The notes under the pieces are model-generated. The model was not told the DNA's origin. It did not search any database and worked only from the letters and a program-made list of their open reading frames with translations. Shown here piece by piece: positions 63,178 to 64,000 of a stretch of DNA of 64,000 nt (position 1 is its first letter; each line of letters opens with the position of its first letter). The stretch is from an uncultured Methanosarcinales archaeon (GTDB lineage: Archaea > Halobacteriota > Methanosarcinia > Methanotrichales > Methanotrichaceae): the NCBI GenBank assembly GCA_963843555.1, contig CAWJKV010000006.1, positions 1 to 64,000 of the forward strand, given 5' to 3'. The translations under genes and the position numbers were made by a program.

Positions 63178-63450
63178 GGACTCGCCCATGCCGCGCGGTG
63201 GCTCATGCTCATGAGCAGGGGAATGCCATAGAGGATGTCCAGTGATGCCAGAGCGTTGATGCTGTTACCGAGGCCCGAGTTCTGCATGAGCAGGGCAGGC
63301 CTTCAGCCCCACTCATCCAGGCTCCGGCGCACAGGCCCATGCCCACCTCCTCGCGCGTAACGGGTGGACGATATCTGGGTCTTTGCCCACGATGTCCAGC
63401 AGCTCCTGCAGGTTGACGCAGGGGACAGATGTCACGAGGTCTATCTTGGC
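63178..63450 (-). pseudogene. comD: Internal fragment of sulfopyruvate decarboxylase alpha subunit
   Basis: Across frames: IDLVTSVPCVNL / PVTREEVGMGLCAGAW / [31 protein letters not shown]. Confidence 0.75.
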
Positions 63451-63684
63451 GCGCTTCGGGCGCGATAGATGGCGAGACAGTGATCCATTTTTATTCTTTT
63501 CTACCCAGCCTGGTCGAAAAACCTTCTGCAGGCAATTGGCATGATTGGATTCTATAGAGGTCTTCAGAACCGTGTGGTGTTTCATTCCTGTCGGCATATT
63601 CTATTACTTAACAAGAAACTTTAAATCCTAAAAATAACGCAGTACTAAAAATAGGTATATAGAAAGATATTTAGGATGATATGA

Positions 63685-64000
63685 ATGGCTTTCGTCTTGA
63701 TTAAGGGGACCTTTCACGTGAAGGGCTACAGCCCGGACGGCGACTCGATCCGTTTTCTGGCAAAGAATTCTGATAACTGGAAAAAGCTCTCCGGCCCGGC
63801 GGTGGAGCTGAATGCCCGGGGACACGCCCAGCTGCGCATAGAGGCGGTGGATGCCCTGGAGACCCACTACCAGGGATATCATCAGCCGCTCAAGCTGGCC
63901 AAGGCGGCGGGCCGCTATCTTCTCTCATATCTTGGGATTCAAGAGGTGGTCTGGGATGAGTCCCAGACGAGAGTGATCAAGGCAGAGGACGGGACTGAAG
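63685..64000 (+). CDS. Thermonuclease (SNase)-like protein, cut by the window edge
   Basis: MAFRLIKGTFHVKGYSPDGDSIRF...LRIEAVDALETHY; frame open to the end of the window. Confidence 0.75.
   Translation, partial: MAFVLIKGTFHVKGYSPDGDSIRFLAKNSDNWKKLSGPAVELNARGHAQLRIEAVDALETHYQGYHQPLKLAKAAGRYLLSYLGIQEVVWDESQTRVIKAEDGTE

Overview
Chromosomal window from a methanogenic archaeon, most likely Methanothrix (Methanosaeta). This is inferred from the archaeal 23S/5S, cofH, mfnA, methanogenesis marker 8, DUF1699, Hef and many small signal-peptide proteins; no database search was run. The window opens with the 3' part of an rRNA operon, followed by a tandem repeat that re-uses the 5S 3' end and a coupled pair of DUF1670 genes that may be a compact mobile element. 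A short accessory tract (6.2-9.7 kb) has integron attC-like boundaries. Housekeeping blocks include ribose-1,5-bisphosphate isomerase, hef, two pstS, cofH, an m5C methyltransferase, mfnA, ppsA, moeA, hisD, lig and hom. A defence/TA hotspot lies at 47.7-50.8 kb: an ABC-ATPase plus PIN-like pair is bracketed by two 92-bp direct repeats that translate as the C-terminus of a type I R-M HsdS, followed by hicB, a truncated hicA and a PIN TA pair. Several genes carry frameshifts that may be assembly indels. No CRISPR array, complete tRNA gene, integron integrase or classical transposase was seen. Family names come from motif recognition by eye and need HMM confirmation.
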